64,000 nt of DNA from assembly GCA_043797085.1 (NCBI GenBank), contig JAZDQA010000005.1, positions 139,453 through 203,452 on the forward strand, given 5' to 3'. Every line of letters begins with the position of its first letter. Within the stretch, counting starts at the first letter, position 1. A program made the translations under genes and the position numbers. The notes under the pieces were generated by a model. The model was not told where the DNA came from. It saw nothing but the letters and a program-made list of their open reading frames with translations, and did not search any database. Positions 30,894 to 41,874 of the stretch are shown piece after piece. Source of the DNA: Pseudomonadota bacterium. GTDB lineage: Bacteria; Campylobacterota; Campylobacteria; Campylobacterales; Sulfurimonadaceae.

Positions 30894-32732
30894 TCAAACA
30901 TGGATATTTTCTATCTGCTGTTTCCATGATTGGGCATATTTGCCATCAAGAGACATCAATGATTCATGAGTGCCGGACTCTATCACTTTTCCCTGATCCA
31001 TCAGGTGGATAATATCGGCTTTCATGGCAGTAGTGAAGCGGTGTGTGATAATGACCGCTGTTTTATTTTTGGCAAGCTCCATAAAGCGCTGAAGCCAGTC
31101 ATTTTCCGCCCATGAATCCATCGCACTGGTCGGCTCATCGAGGATAATAAAAGGGGCCTTACGGAAAAAAGCCCGTGAAAGGGCGATCCTCTGCCACTCT
31201 CCAGTACTGAGATCTTCCCCACCGAACTGTCTGCCCAATCGGGTGGCATACCCCTGTTTCAGCCGTGATATCGGCCCATCAGATCCCCCTTGGTAGGCTG
31301 CATTATCGATCTCCTCCTGAAGAGGTACACGGCTCATATCCCCAAGGGCGATGTTTTGTGCGGCGGTCGCTTCGTATTTGACCGGTTCTTGAAAGAGGAC
31401 AGTTGTGTACCGGTGCAGCATATCGGGAGAGAACTCTCTAAAATCGGAACCGTCCAAGGTTATCTTCCCTTCTTGCGGATCGTAAAAACGGTTGAGAAGT
31501 TTGATGAGGGTACTTTTACCCGCACCGTTTGTACCCACAATCGCTACCGTTTTCCCAGCAGGGATGGTCAATGAAAAATTGCTAAGAGCCCATCGTGCTG
31601 TATGGGGATAGCGGAAGGATACATTCTCGAACCGGATTTCATCGGTTAGAAATTGGGGAGATGCAAGGGTTTGGTTGGATTCAAGAAGTTTGGGGCGGAT
31701 ATCGAAAAAATCAAACAAATTTTCCAAAAATGTAATATTTTTGTACACTTCCCCGATATCGCGCAGCAGTGTTTTCATCATTTTTTGACCCTGATTGAAT
31801 GCCTGATAAAACAGGACCAAGTCCCCCATTGAAGCCTTACCTTCTAATGCCTGTATAAGCATCCACCCAACTGCCACTGCTACAACGGCAAGTCCGAGTA
31901 TTACAACAAAAATCTCAGAGATCACTTCATCGCGTATTAATTTGATATGTTCAGTGCGCAGTTTAGTTTTGAGCAGAGTGAATTGATTTTTGAAATACTC
32001 TCCTAGCTTAAAAAGGCGAATCTCGGCCGCAGTCGATTGGTGAGTGATAATCCAATCATAGTAATTGGTTTTTCGTACTGTTGCAGTATTTTTGGTACGC
32101 CAGTGATGGAAACGGATCGTGTGGCGGATGACTAGGAGCAAAGCTGGAAATGTTCCCAGTAGCAGAAGTAACGGTAGCCACCATGCATAGGGTAACAGCA
32201 GTATCAACATTCCAAGGAGTGTAATGCCCGAACGGGTAAGATTACCGATATTTTCCAACAGGGCTAAGGGACGACTCATCGCATCGATACGGGCACGATG
32301 GAGCTTGTCGTAATATTCGGGCGAGTCAAAAAAACTCATATCCAGCGAAAGGGCCTTGGAGTGTATTTGATCGTAAATGGAGTCACTGATGAGTTCGCTC
32401 TGAACCGTCCGTATCCATTTGGTGATCGTATTCAGAAGCTCATTGAGTACCATCAAAAATACCATCAGCGTAATGGTAGGCATAACGGGCTGCATACTCT
32501 CCCAACTCTTGTATTCACCCATCGCCGCAGTAATGCCGTCGATCAGAGGTCCCATCAGGTAAACGATTGCTGCGGGTATGATCCCCTGCAGTATCAGCAG
32601 TACCATCCAAAAAAACGACCACCATCCCGACGCGTTCCAAATTAGTCTAGCGGTACGAGAGAGATAGGGGATCTGAGCTGAAAATTTAACTAAAGCAAGA
32701 TGAAGTTTGGAGAGTGTAGACACTTGAGACAT
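30894..32732 (-). CDS. ABC exporter, fused permease and ATPase (lasso D protein)
   Basis: TM domain; GTNGAGKST, LSTGEWQRIALSRA, ILDEPTS. Confidence 0.93.
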   Translation of the reverse strand: MSQVSTLSKLHLALVKFSAQIPYLSRTARLIWNASGWWSFFWMVLLILQGIIPAAIVYLMGPLIDGITAAMGEYKSWESMQPVMPTITLMVFLMVLNELLNTITKWIRTVQSELISDSIYDQIHSKALSLDMSFFDSPEYYDKLHRARIDAMSRPLALLENIGNLTRSGITLLGMLILLLPYAWWLPLLLLLGTFPALLLVIRHTIRFHHWRTKNTATVRKTNYYDWIITHQSTAAEIRLFKLGEYFKNQFTLLKTKLRTEHIKLIRDEVISEIFVVILGLAVVAVAVGWMLIQALEGKASMGDLVLFYQAFNQGQKMMKTLLRDIGEVYKNITFLENLFDFFDIRPKLLESNQTLASPQFLTDEIRFENVSFRYPHTARWALSNFSLTIPAGKTVAIVGTNGAGKSTLIKLLNRFYDPQEGKITLDGSDFREFSPDMLHRYTTVLFQEPVKYEATAAQNIALGDMSRVPLQEEIDNAAYQGGSDGPISRLKQGYATRLGRQFGGEDLSTGEWQRIALSRAFFRKAPFIILDEPTSAMDSWAENDWLQRFMELAKNKTAVIITHRFTTAMKADIIHLMDQGKVIESGTHESLMSLDGKYAQSWKQQIENIHV

Positions 32733-33226
32733 TAGTGAGCCTCATTGATCGAGGAAAATACGGAGACAACGGTAAAATTTCGGTGCCCTGAAGCTCCGCA
32801 GAGGATTTTAGAACCGTTTCGCAACCATGCATGAGCTTTTAGACCATTACCCCCTTCTTCACGCGCTACACCCAGATAAAGATTCCATCCCAGTCCCCTG
32901 CGACGAAGCATCCGCTGCGCCGCAATCGCTTGAGGAAGGCAGACACTCTCCCATGGGGTATAACGCACGGCCCGTGCAATCGCATGTGCTATTTTGAGCG
33001 CTTTAGCATCAGACTCTGCTTCTTTCAATGGATCGTTCTTGTCGATCAATGTTCCCAAAGTCGGGGCAATACGTTTAAAGGGGATAAACGCTACTGAAAG
33101 TCGTGCAACTCCCAGAAAGTATGCCGCTTCGAAAAAAAGGATTTTATCGGCGGCGGGAAGACGGTGCCATGCGGTGAGTTTGTGTTTTAGGACTACAAAC
33201 GGATTTTTACTCATCACCATCTCCAC
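32732..33226 (-). CDS. Lasso peptide leader peptidase (B2, transglutaminase-like)
   Basis: PWESVCLPQAIA (Cys), LGV, AHAWL (His); start uncertain among nearby Met codons. Confidence 0.93.
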   Translation of the reverse strand: MEMVMSKNPFVVLKHKLTAWHRLPAADKILFFEAAYFLGVARLSVAFIPFKRIAPTLGTLIDKNDPLKEAESDAKALKIAHAIARAVRYTPWESVCLPQAIAAQRMLRRRGLGWNLYLGVAREEGGNGLKAHAWLRNGSKILCGASGHRNFTVVSVFSSINEAH

Positions 33227-33464
33227 TTTTAAAGAAGAGATAGTATCAAGAATTTCCTGAGTACATCATTGCAGAAAGATTCTGTTTGGGGCTTGCGTAT
33301 TAGAATTCTCAATAAAGTTTTAAATCTATGATAAAATTTTAGGAGCAACGGGATGTTGACGCAGAATTCTGAAGAAGTATTTGGCAAACTCCAAGTGGTG
33401 TGATTAATCGAAATATCATGAATATAAAAAACGGTCTGCGTAGATGTAAAAGGGAAGAATAGCA

Positions 33465-34697
33465 ATGATAAAACACGACGAGAATTATATTCAGCAAGCA
33501 TTGTTGACCTTTTTAAGAGATGATATTGCGCAAAATGCATTGCCCAATTTGCTAATGATAGAGTGGGAAGAGCTCATTGTATTGGCAAAAAAACAGCATG
33601 TTGCTGAATATCTTTATTATCATCTAAAACAAAACCATCTTTTAGAGTTAATTCCTAATGAGCAAAAAAATATGATGGCTGAATCATTTAAGAAACGAAC
33701 ATTTCGAAATCTTGCACTTATGGCGGAATTTCATAGGGTTGTGAATGTATTGCATCAACATCATATCCCCGTAATTGCTCTTAAAGGGCTGCATCTGGTA
33801 GAATCGGTTTACCCTCATATCGCGACACGATTTTTTAGGGATTTGGATGTGCTAGTTCCGATACCTCATGGGAGAGAAGCGTATAACTGTGTTTTAAACA
33901 TGGGATATAAGAGTGATAAAAAACTCACTGATTTGGATTTTTCCTTTCAATATCACAACCACTTTGATCAGCTTATCCATACAAAAAACAAAACCGTGCT
34001 GGAAATTCATGGCTATATTTCTAAAGATTTTAAAAATGATGCACTGCTATTATGGGAAAATGCGATTGCAAGCACCAATAAAGCACACCATCATTTAACC
34101 TTGGACTTGGAAGATTTATTGATACATTTGTGTGTTCACATCAGTCATGGAGATCTGTTTAAAATTGACTTGAGACACTATCTTGATATCTATTTAGTCC
34201 TCCAAAAATATAAAGAAGCGATCCATTGGGATAAAGTAATACAGCGGTCGCAAGACAGGGGGTGCTTTGGTGGTGTGGCTATCGTGCTTACTATCGTTGA
34301 ACAACTCTTTCACATCGATATTTCGGAAACATTCACACACAATATTCAAAATAATGAGAAGGCAAAACAAACAATAAAATATGCCCTAGAATTTTTATGG
34401 ATGTATGATAGATCCTCAAAAGGGTATAAGGAGTACAAAACAAAAGTACCATTGCCGCATCACAATGGTTCTTTCTTTAAAAAAGGATTGATGAGACTTT
34501 TTCTGAATAAAGAGGAGCTTGCATTTAACTATTCCTTGGACAAAAACTCATTCAAAGTTTATTTTTATTATCCTGTCCGCTTTATAGATTTAGTACGAAA
34601 ACATTCTAAAACAACACTTCAAAATCAGATTGTTCAAAAAAACAAGAGTTTTATCGAAAAAACAAAATACGTCAATAATTATCTTTTGAACGTTTAG
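33465..34697 (+). CDS. Nucleotidyltransferase family protein (lasso-associated, NTP_transf_5-like)
   Basis: LKGLHL...YP....R...DLDVLV, LEIH, HLCVH, YLDI. Confidence 0.87.
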   Translation: MIKHDENYIQQALLTFLRDDIAQNALPNLLMIEWEELIVLAKKQHVAEYLYYHLKQNHLLELIPNEQKNMMAESFKKRTFRNLALMAEFHRVVNVLHQHHIPVIALKGLHLVESVYPHIATRFFRDLDVLVPIPHGREAYNCVLNMGYKSDKKLTDLDFSFQYHNHFDQLIHTKNKTVLEIHGYISKDFKNDALLLWENAIASTNKAHHHLTLDLEDLLIHLCVHISHGDLFKIDLRHYLDIYLVLQKYKEAIHWDKVIQRSQDRGCFGGVAIVLTIVEQLFHIDISETFTHNIQNNEKAKQTIKYALEFLWMYDRSSKGYKEYKTKVPLPHHNGSFFKKGLMRLFLNKEELAFNYSLDKNSFKVYFYYPVRFIDLVRKHSKTTLQNQIVQKNKSFIEKTKYVNNYLLNV

Positions 34698-34751
34698 ATA
34701 TCAGTATTTTTATAGGTATAATGTAAACATTAATGGAAGAAGGATTTATGT

Positions 34752-35660
34752 GTGAATGAACAACGGTTAACTCACCTTAAAACTCTCGAGGCAGAATCGA
34801 TTCATATACTGCGTGAAGTGGTTGCGGAGTTTGAAAATCCGGCGATGCTCTACAGTGTTGGAAAAGACTCCTCTGTCATGCTGCATCTGGCTCAAAAAGC
34901 TTTCTACCCCGCTTCCCCTCCATTTCCCTTAGTCCACGTTGATACGATGTGGAAATTTAAAGAGATGATTGAGTTTCGAGACAGTCGAACGAAAGAGCTG
35001 GGGATGGAATTGATTGTTTATACCAATCCAAAAGGTATTAAGATGAATATTAGCCCTTTTGAACACGGCTCCGCTGTACATACCGATATCATGAAAACCG
35101 AAGGGCTCAAGCAAATGCTCGATCTCTACAAATTTGATGCACTGCTCGGTGGAGCACGACGGGATGAAGAGAAAAGTCGGGCAAAGGAGCGTATCTACTC
35201 TTTTCGAGATGAATTTCACCGTTGGGATCCGAAAAATCAACGTCCGGAGTTATGGAATATTTACAATAGCCGTCACCATAAAGGTGAAAGTATCCGTGTT
35301 TTTCCTCTTTCGAACTGGACGGAGCTTGATATTTGGCAATATATTTATCTGGAACAAATAGCGATTCCAGAACTCTATTTTGCCAAAGAACGTGACGTTG
35401 TCGAATACGGCGGAACAAAAATTATGGTAGATGATGAGCGCATGCCTGAGAGCTTGCGAAAATCGGCTAAAAAAGAGAAAGTTCGTTTTCGAACGCTTGG
35501 ATGTTATCCGCTGACAGGTGCTGTAGAATCGACTGCGACAACCCTGAGTGAAATTATTCAGGAGATGCTGCTTGCCAAAACCTCTGAACGTCAAGGGCGA
35601 GTGATCGATAATGATTCTTCCGGATCGATGGAGAAAAAAAAGATCGAAGGATATTTCTGA
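34752..35660 (+). CDS. cysD: Sulfate adenylyltransferase subunit 2
   Basis: [49 protein letters not shown]. Confidence 0.97.
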   Translation: MNEQRLTHLKTLEAESIHILREVVAEFENPAMLYSVGKDSSVMLHLAQKAFYPASPPFPLVHVDTMWKFKEMIEFRDSRTKELGMELIVYTNPKGIKMNISPFEHGSAVHTDIMKTEGLKQMLDLYKFDALLGGARRDEEKSRAKERIYSFRDEFHRWDPKNQRPELWNIYNSRHHKGESIRVFPLSNWTELDIWQYIYLEQIAIPELYFAKERDVVEYGGTKIMVDDERMPESLRKSAKKEKVRFRTLGCYPLTGAVESTATTLSEIIQEMLLAKTSERQGRVIDNDSSGSMEKKKIEGYF

Positions 35661-37105
35661 TGGCTCATCAATCAGAACTGATTTCCCAAAACATCGAGCA
35701 ATATCTCAAAGAGCATGAGAATAAGGAGCTGCTGCGCTTTATTACGTGCGGCAGTGTCGATGACGGAAAAAGCACCCTAATCGGGCGTCTTTTATACGAC
35801 TCAAAAATGATTTTTGAAGATCAGCTTGCCGCGATTCAAAAAGAGAGTAAAAAAATGGGAACGCAAGGGGATGATATTGATCTTGCATTACTGGTTGACG
35901 GCTTGCAAAGCGAACGTGAACAGGGAATCACCATCGATGTTGCCTATCGCTATTTTTCGACTGACAAACGTAAATTTATCATTGCCGATACTCCCGGACA
36001 TGAACAATACACCCGTAATATGGCAACAGGTGCTTCGACGGCAGATTTGGCAATTATTCTTATTGATGCACGCTACGGTGTACAAACACAGACCAAACGC
36101 CATACCTATATCGTCAATTTGATGGGGATTAAACATATCATTGTGGCTATTAATAAAATGGATTTGATCGGTTTTTCAGAAGAACGTTTTGAGGAGATTC
36201 AGCAAGAATATCAAGTTTTTGCACAGGAACTTGGGATTCAAAATCCTCTATTTATTCCGATTTCGGCACTAATGGGTGATAACGTCGTTAATCCAAGCGA
36301 TTTAATGCCATGGTATCAGCGAGATCCTTTAATGAAGATACTCGATACTATCAATATCGGATATGATGCCAACCAATATCCAACCATGTTTCGATTTCCT
36401 GTGCAATACGTGAACCGTCCAAATCTTAATTTCCGTGGCTTTTCTGGATCGATCGCTTCTGGAAGTGTCAAAGTAGGCGATGAGATTACGGTACTTCCCT
36501 CAGGAAAAACCACACGGATTAAATCAATCATACCCCCAGCCATAGCTAATGGAACACAACAATTAATGACGATTGATGAAGCTTATGCTCCAATGGCAAT
36601 CACGCTGACAACCGAAGAAGAAATTGATATCAGCCGAGGGGATATGATCGTTCATTCCAGCCATCTTCCGAGAATTTCTAACAGTCTTAAAGTAATGATA
36701 GTTTGGATGGATGAAGAACCAATGATTCCGGAGCAAAGTTATTACATCAAAACCTCTACCTCATTAATAAACGGAAGTTTTAAGCATATTAATTACAAAG
36801 TCAATGTAAATACCTATGAAAAAGTATATGTAGAGAAATTGCAGCTGAATGACATTGCTTCATGTAAAATGGTATTGCATCGCCCAATAGTTGCAGAACC
36901 GTACAGTCTTAACCGCTTTACGGGTAGATTTATCATCATAGACCGTATGACTAACAATACAGTGGGAGCTGGGATGATCGTGGACGTGAGTCGCCGAGAG
37001 CATGAAAAGATTATCGAAACCAGTAGAGAATATATAAAAGAGGAAATCGAATTGAACGCTTATGTCCGTAAACATTTTCCAGAGTGGGGATGCAAAGCAA
37101 TCTGA
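35660..37105 (+). CDS. cysN: Sulfate adenylyltransferase subunit 1
   Basis: [47 protein letters not shown]. Confidence 0.97.
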   Translation: MAHQSELISQNIEQYLKEHENKELLRFITCGSVDDGKSTLIGRLLYDSKMIFEDQLAAIQKESKKMGTQGDDIDLALLVDGLQSEREQGITIDVAYRYFSTDKRKFIIADTPGHEQYTRNMATGASTADLAIILIDARYGVQTQTKRHTYIVNLMGIKHIIVAINKMDLIGFSEERFEEIQQEYQVFAQELGIQNPLFIPISALMGDNVVNPSDLMPWYQRDPLMKILDTINIGYDANQYPTMFRFPVQYVNRPNLNFRGFSGSIASGSVKVGDEITVLPSGKTTRIKSIIPPAIANGTQQLMTIDEAYAPMAITLTTEEEIDISRGDMIVHSSHLPRISNSLKVMIVWMDEEPMIPEQSYYIKTSTSLINGSFKHINYKVNVNTYEKVYVEKLQLNDIASCKMVLHRPIVAEPYSLNRFTGRFIIIDRMTNNTVGAGMIVDVSRREHEKIIETSREYIKEEIELNAYVRKHFPEWGCKAI

Positions 37106-37830
37106 TGTACAGAGAAACAAATATTCGTACTATCGCTAAAGGATTTAGCTGGCGCTTTTTTGCAACTGCGACAACTGTCCTTATTGTGTATCTTTTTTTT
37201 GGTCGTCTCGATCTCGCGATTGCTGCGGGTATTTTAGAAACGTTTTCAAAAGTGTTACTCTACTATGGCCATGAGAAATTATGGCAACGTGTCCGATGGG
37301 GGAAAAAGAAAATTGAGCCGTTTAATTTATGGTTTACCGGTTTGCCACTGTCAGGTAAAACTACTATTGCTGATTTGGTATATGAAAAGCTCAAAAAATA
37401 CGATATCCCTATGGAGAGAATCGATAGTAAGGATATCCGTGAACTGATACCAGATATCGGGTATACGCGTGAAGATCGGAACCGTCACATGCATCGTCTT
37501 GGACATCTTATAAAGACCTTGCAAAATAATTCCATTTCGACAGTGGCCTCTTTTGTATCTCCTTATCGTGAATCTCGTAAAGCAATACGTGAAATGGTCA
37601 AAAATAATGTTATTGTGTACGTCAAAGCCGATATTGAAAGCTGCAAGCAGCGAGATTATAAAGGAGTATATATTAAAGCACTCAAGGGAGAACTTCAAAA
37701 TTTTTCAGGTATCAATGATGTGTATGATGAACCACAGCATGCTGAGATTACGATAGATTCTGATGAAATGAGTGCAAATGATGCATCCGATAAAATTGTT
37801 CAATACATTAAAAAGAGATATATCAAATGA
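37105..37830 (+). CDS. Adenylyl-sulfate kinase-like protein with N-terminal DUF2061-like membrane domain
   Basis: Likely start at ATG 37105 overlapping the cysN stop; K..SWR...YYGHEKLW domain followed by WFTGLPLSGKTT, SFVSPY, RDYKG.Y. Confidence 0.85.
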   Translation: MYRETNIRTIAKGFSWRFFATATTVLIVYLFFGRLDLAIAAGILETFSKVLLYYGHEKLWQRVRWGKKKIEPFNLWFTGLPLSGKTTIADLVYEKLKKYDIPMERIDSKDIRELIPDIGYTREDRNRHMHRLGHLIKTLQNNSISTVASFVSPYRESRKAIREMVKNNVIVYVKADIESCKQRDYKGVYIKALKGELQNFSGINDVYDEPQHAEITIDSDEMSANDASDKIVQYIKKRYIK

Positions 37831-38426
37831 TGAGTTCACATGTAGTATGGCATGATCACAGTGTATCCAAAGCACAACGTTCATTACAAAAAGACCAAAA
37901 ACCTTGCATATTATGGTTCACAGGTCTCAGTGGTTCTGGAAAATCGACTATAGCTAATGCATTAGATGCCAGATTTGTTGAGATGGGCAAACATACTTAT
38001 TTACTCGATGGTGACAATATCCGTCATGGACTAAATTGTGATTTAGGCTTTAGTGATAATGATCGTATTGAAAATATTCGGCGCATTGGAGAGGTAAGTA
38101 AACTTTTTGTTAATGCGGGATTGATCGTGATAACTACCTTCATCTCACCGTTTCAAGCCGACAGGAAGATGGTTCGTGAATTGGTAGACGAGAGCGAGTT
38201 CATCGAAATATTTATAGATACAACACTGGATATATGCGAATTACGAGACACAAAAGGGCTATATAAAAGAGCGAGAGTCGGTGAGATTGTAAATTTTACC
38301 GGTATTGATTCCCCTTATGAGCCACCAAATAATCCTGAAATCCATATAAAAACAGAGGTAAGTGATATTACAGAAGCGGTTGAGAAAATTCTTGCTTATC
38401 TTGTATTAAATGGGTGGAACCTCTAA
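37827..38426 (+). CDS. cysC: Adenylyl-sulfate kinase
   Basis: WFTGLSGSGKST, LDGDNIRHGL, ENIRR, FISP, FTGIDSPYE. Confidence 0.96.
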   Translation: MMSSHVVWHDHSVSKAQRSLQKDQKPCILWFTGLSGSGKSTIANALDARFVEMGKHTYLLDGDNIRHGLNCDLGFSDNDRIENIRRIGEVSKLFVNAGLIVITTFISPFQADRKMVRELVDESEFIEIFIDTTLDICELRDTKGLYKRARVGEIVNFTGIDSPYEPPNNPEIHIKTEVSDITEAVEKILAYLVLNGWNL

Positions 38427-38615
38427 GAACCACTTTTTCCGTAGTATAAATTTCTTTGATTCACAATTCATATATCAAACTGTAGAAAGACTTTGTATAT
38501 TTGGCTGCAATCATTGATTGGCACAGCAAAAAAATGTGGGGATAATAGTATTATTATTTAGAAATTATATTCTTTAATAGAAATCTTAGGGTAATATAGT
38601 TTTATTCTTAATATT

Positions 38616-39893
38616 ATGGAGAATCTTTTGAATCACGATACAACTATCAATGAAAATGCACTAAACTACCATGAATTTCCAAGTCCGGGTAAAGTCGCTA
38701 CCCAAATCACCAAACCATTTGCTTCTCAAAACGACCTGAGTCTGGCTTACACTCCCGGTGTTGCGGCTCCGTGTTTGGAAATCCAAAAAAATCCTGAGGA
38801 TGCCTATCGTTATACCTCCAAAGGCAATCTTGTGGGGGTTATTTCCAATGGCACGGCGGTATTGGGACTTGGAAATTTGGGTGCGCTTGCGTCGAAACCT
38901 GTTATGGAAGGGAAAGCCGTTTTATTTAAAAAATTCAGCGATTTGGATGCGTATGACATCGAAGTGGATGAAACCGACATCGAGCGTTTTTGCGATGCGG
39001 TAGAGGCTATTTCTCCGACGTTTGGGGGGATAAATCTCGAAGATATTAAAGCGCCAGAGTGTTTTGAGATCGAGAGACGGTTGGTTGAACGGTTGAATAT
39101 TCCTGTAATGCACGACGATCAGCACGGCACGGCAGTGATTTCGAGTGCGGCTATTATCAATGGATGTTTATTGACATCACGTGAGCTTGATAACATATGT
39201 GTGGTGGTAGTCGGTGCGGGTGCAGCAGCGATTAGTTGCGCCCGTCTGTATCGATTTATGGGGGTTCAAACTATCTTTATGAGTGATTCAAAAGGGCTTA
39301 TTCATGCAGGACGAAGTGATTTGAACGAACAAAAAAGAGAATTTTTGGCACCTGTTGGGATGACGCTTGACGATGCATTTATCGGGGCAGATGTCGTGGT
39401 AGGGTTATCTAAACCGGGGAGTTTTACCATAGAACATATTATGACAATGGCACCTGAACCTATCATTTTCACCCTAGCCAATCCTACTCCTGAAATCTTT
39501 CCAGAAGATACGAAAGCAGCTCGACCCGATGCGATTATCGCCACGGGTCGAAGTGATTTCCCCAACCAAGTGAACAACGTTCTCGGTTTTCCTTTTATTT
39601 TTCGTGGAGCGATGGACGTACGGGCACGTATAATTAATACCGAGATGAAAATGGCGGCGTCTCACGCACTCGCACAACTGGCTCGTGCTGAGATTCCAGA
39701 ATACCTAAACGAAATTTATGGAATGAAGCTGACATTTGGAAAAGAGTACATCATTCCCAAACCTTTCGATAAACGCCTGATCGTCGAAGTCTCCGCCAGT
39801 GTCGCACAGGCTGCTGTGCAAAGCGGTGTGGCACAAATCGCATCGTTTGATTTAGAAGAGTATAAGCGTGAGTTAGCTACACGTTTGAGCTAA
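38616..39893 (+). CDS. NAD(P)-dependent malic enzyme (no PTA domain)
   Basis: LAYTPGVA, NGTAVLGLG, PVMEGK, NLEDI, HDDQHGT, GAGAA, ATGRSDFPNQVNN. Confidence 0.93.
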   Translation: MENLLNHDTTINENALNYHEFPSPGKVATQITKPFASQNDLSLAYTPGVAAPCLEIQKNPEDAYRYTSKGNLVGVISNGTAVLGLGNLGALASKPVMEGKAVLFKKFSDLDAYDIEVDETDIERFCDAVEAISPTFGGINLEDIKAPECFEIERRLVERLNIPVMHDDQHGTAVISSAAIINGCLLTSRELDNICVVVVGAGAAAISCARLYRFMGVQTIFMSDSKGLIHAGRSDLNEQKREFLAPVGMTLDDAFIGADVVVGLSKPGSFTIEHIMTMAPEPIIFTLANPTPEIFPEDTKAARPDAIIATGRSDFPNQVNNVLGFPFIFRGAMDVRARIINTEMKMAASHALAQLARAEIPEYLNEIYGMKLTFGKEYIIPKPFDKRLIVEVSASVAQAAVQSGVAQIASFDLEEYKRELATRLS

Positions 39894-40008
39894 AAACTCG
39901 CTATAATGCGGCTATCAAAACGGAAAATTCCGTAAGCCGCTAAATATCTGCACTATTTAATAACCTTGCATTGTTTGTCTGCTTGAACCACCCAAAGGAA
40001 ACTTATCA

Positions 40009-41340
40009 ATGTTATTTTCAGACTTAAAACTATCCGCACCGATTTTAAAAGCGGTCGCTGAAGAGGGTTATACAACCCCCACTCCCGTACAAGCGCAAGC
40101 TATTCCGTTTATTTTAGAAGGGCGTGATATGCTCGCAGGTGCCCAAACGGGTACGGGTAAAACGGCAGGATTTACGTTGCCGATGTTAGAGATTCTCTCT
40201 CGCAAAGTACACAACCCAAAAGCACCACGACACGTGCGTGTTCTTATTTTAACTCCGACACGTGAGCTTGCAGCTCAAGTGGGTGAGAGTGTTAAAACCT
40301 ACGGAAAGCACCTTAAATTTAAAAGTGCGATCATTTTCGGTGGTGTTGGTATGCAGCCTCAAGTTTCAGCATTGCGTCAAGGTGTTGATATCGTGATTGC
40401 AACTCCAGGACGTCTTCTTGATCACATGTCACAGGGAACCGTTGATTTGCGCAATGTAGAGATGTTGATTCTCGATGAAGCCGACCGTATGCTGGATATG
40501 GGATTTATTAAAGACATTCGCCGTGTTATTTCAATACTGCCACAAAAACGACAAAATCTTCTTTTCTCAGCGACCTATTCGGATGAGATCAAGACATTAT
40601 GTGAGTCGATTTTGCGCAATCCTGCTATCGTGGAAGTAGCGCGTCGCAATACTTCAAGCGAACTGGTAACACAACGCGTTATCTTGGTAGACTGTGCCAA
40701 GAAAAGTGCTTTATTCGGTCATTTGGTCAAAGAAAATAACTGGGAACAAGTTCTCGTATTTACCCGCACCAAACACCAAGCCAATAAACTCTCCGATTAT
40801 CTCCAAAAAATCGGTGTTTCTTCAGCGGCGATTCATGGTAATAAAAGCCAAGCGGCACGTACCAAAGCGTTGAGTGATTTTAAAGCGGGTGTAGTCAAGA
40901 TCCTTGTAGCAACAGACATTGCAGCACGTGGTTTGGATATCGATCAGCTTCCTCATGTTGTCAATCTCGAATTGCCAAACATTGCGGAAGATTACGTTCA
41001 CCGTATCGGCCGTACCGGACGTGCGGGTAATGAGGGTGAAGCAATCTCTCTCGTGTGTGTGGATGAATATGATTACCTAAAGGGAATCGAACGTCTTATT
41101 AACCGTAAATTGGATCGTGATATTATCGCTGGTTTTGAGCCTGATCCCTCTATCATGGCAATGCCAATCGTCCAAGGACGTGGCGGCGGAGGCGGTCGTG
41201 GAAACAGCGGCGGAGGTCATTCTCCAAGCGGTAAACCTCAAGGGCAAAAGCGTGATAGCGCTAGACGCAGTGAGCCAAATCGCGGTGAAGGCCGCAGCAA
41301 CAGCCAACGACGTGAAGACAGCCGAGGACGCGGTAGATAA
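40009..41340 (+). CDS. rhlE: DEAD-box RNA helicase (RhlE-like)
   Basis: [33 protein letters not shown]-rich tail. Confidence 0.88.
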   Translation: MLFSDLKLSAPILKAVAEEGYTTPTPVQAQAIPFILEGRDMLAGAQTGTGKTAGFTLPMLEILSRKVHNPKAPRHVRVLILTPTRELAAQVGESVKTYGKHLKFKSAIIFGGVGMQPQVSALRQGVDIVIATPGRLLDHMSQGTVDLRNVEMLILDEADRMLDMGFIKDIRRVISILPQKRQNLLFSATYSDEIKTLCESILRNPAIVEVARRNTSSELVTQRVILVDCAKKSALFGHLVKENNWEQVLVFTRTKHQANKLSDYLQKIGVSSAAIHGNKSQAARTKALSDFKAGVVKILVATDIAARGLDIDQLPHVVNLELPNIAEDYVHRIGRTGRAGNEGEAISLVCVDEYDYLKGIERLINRKLDRDIIAGFEPDPSIMAMPIVQGRGGGGGRGNSGGGHSPSGKPQGQKRDSARRSEPNRGEGRSNSQRREDSRGRGR

Positions 41341-41346
41341 TTTTTT

Positions 41347-41802
41347 ATGAAAATACTCGTCGATGCCGATGCGTTCCCCAATGCACTCAAAGAGGTACTG
41401 CTTCGCGCGGTACTAAAGCGTCAAATTCCCACCCTTTTCATCGCCAATAAAAACATCTCCATCCCTAATGTCCCATATGTCTCCATGCACGTTGTTCCCC
41501 AAGGACCCGATGAAGCCGATCACCGTATCGCACAGCTTTGTGAGCCGCAGGATTTGGTGATTACCGCTGATATTCCACTGGCAGATCGTATCGTCACGAT
41601 TGGAGCAATAGCGCTCGATCCGCGCGGAACGATTTACGATGAGAACAACATCAAACACCTTCTCGCAATGCGTAATCTGATGGAAGAGTTACGAAATTCC
41701 GGTGAAATCACGGGCGGTCCATCAGCAATAGGGGCTAAAACAGTGCGTGAGTTTGCTGATGGACTTAATAAGCTGTTATCTCGAAAAGCTTGTTTTTCGT
41801 AG
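41347..41802 (+). CDS. YaiI/YqxD family protein
   Basis: MKILVDADAFP, DEAD..I, VITADIPLA, LRNSG..TGGP. Confidence 0.92.
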   Translation: MKILVDADAFPNALKEVLLRAVLKRQIPTLFIANKNISIPNVPYVSMHVVPQGPDEADHRIAQLCEPQDLVITADIPLADRIVTIGAIALDPRGTIYDENNIKHLLAMRNLMEELRNSGEITGGPSAIGAKTVREFADGLNKLLSRKACFS

Positions 41803-41874
41803 CTTTAGGGGGTTGCAAGGGACAATCTGTCCATGCCGCCAAATGGGCTTTGCTCATTTGGTGCGTAATATCAA
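41779..41874 (+). repeat. Dispersed structured repeat, copy 1
   Basis: Shares TTTTTCGTAGCTTTAGGGGGTTGCAAGGGACA and GTGCGTAAxATCAA with 58849-58944. Confidence 0.85.

Noticed and set aside
33353..33403. 16-aa ORF MLTQNSEEVFGKLQVV after an AGGAG SD, upstream of the nucleotidyltransferase
   Set aside because: Too short for a lasso precursor and lacks leader motifs; may be a gene relic, with no further support.
33229..33540. 103-aa minus-strand ORF upstream of B2
   Set aside because: Overlaps the nucleotidyltransferase start and divergent promoter region; no recognisable motif.
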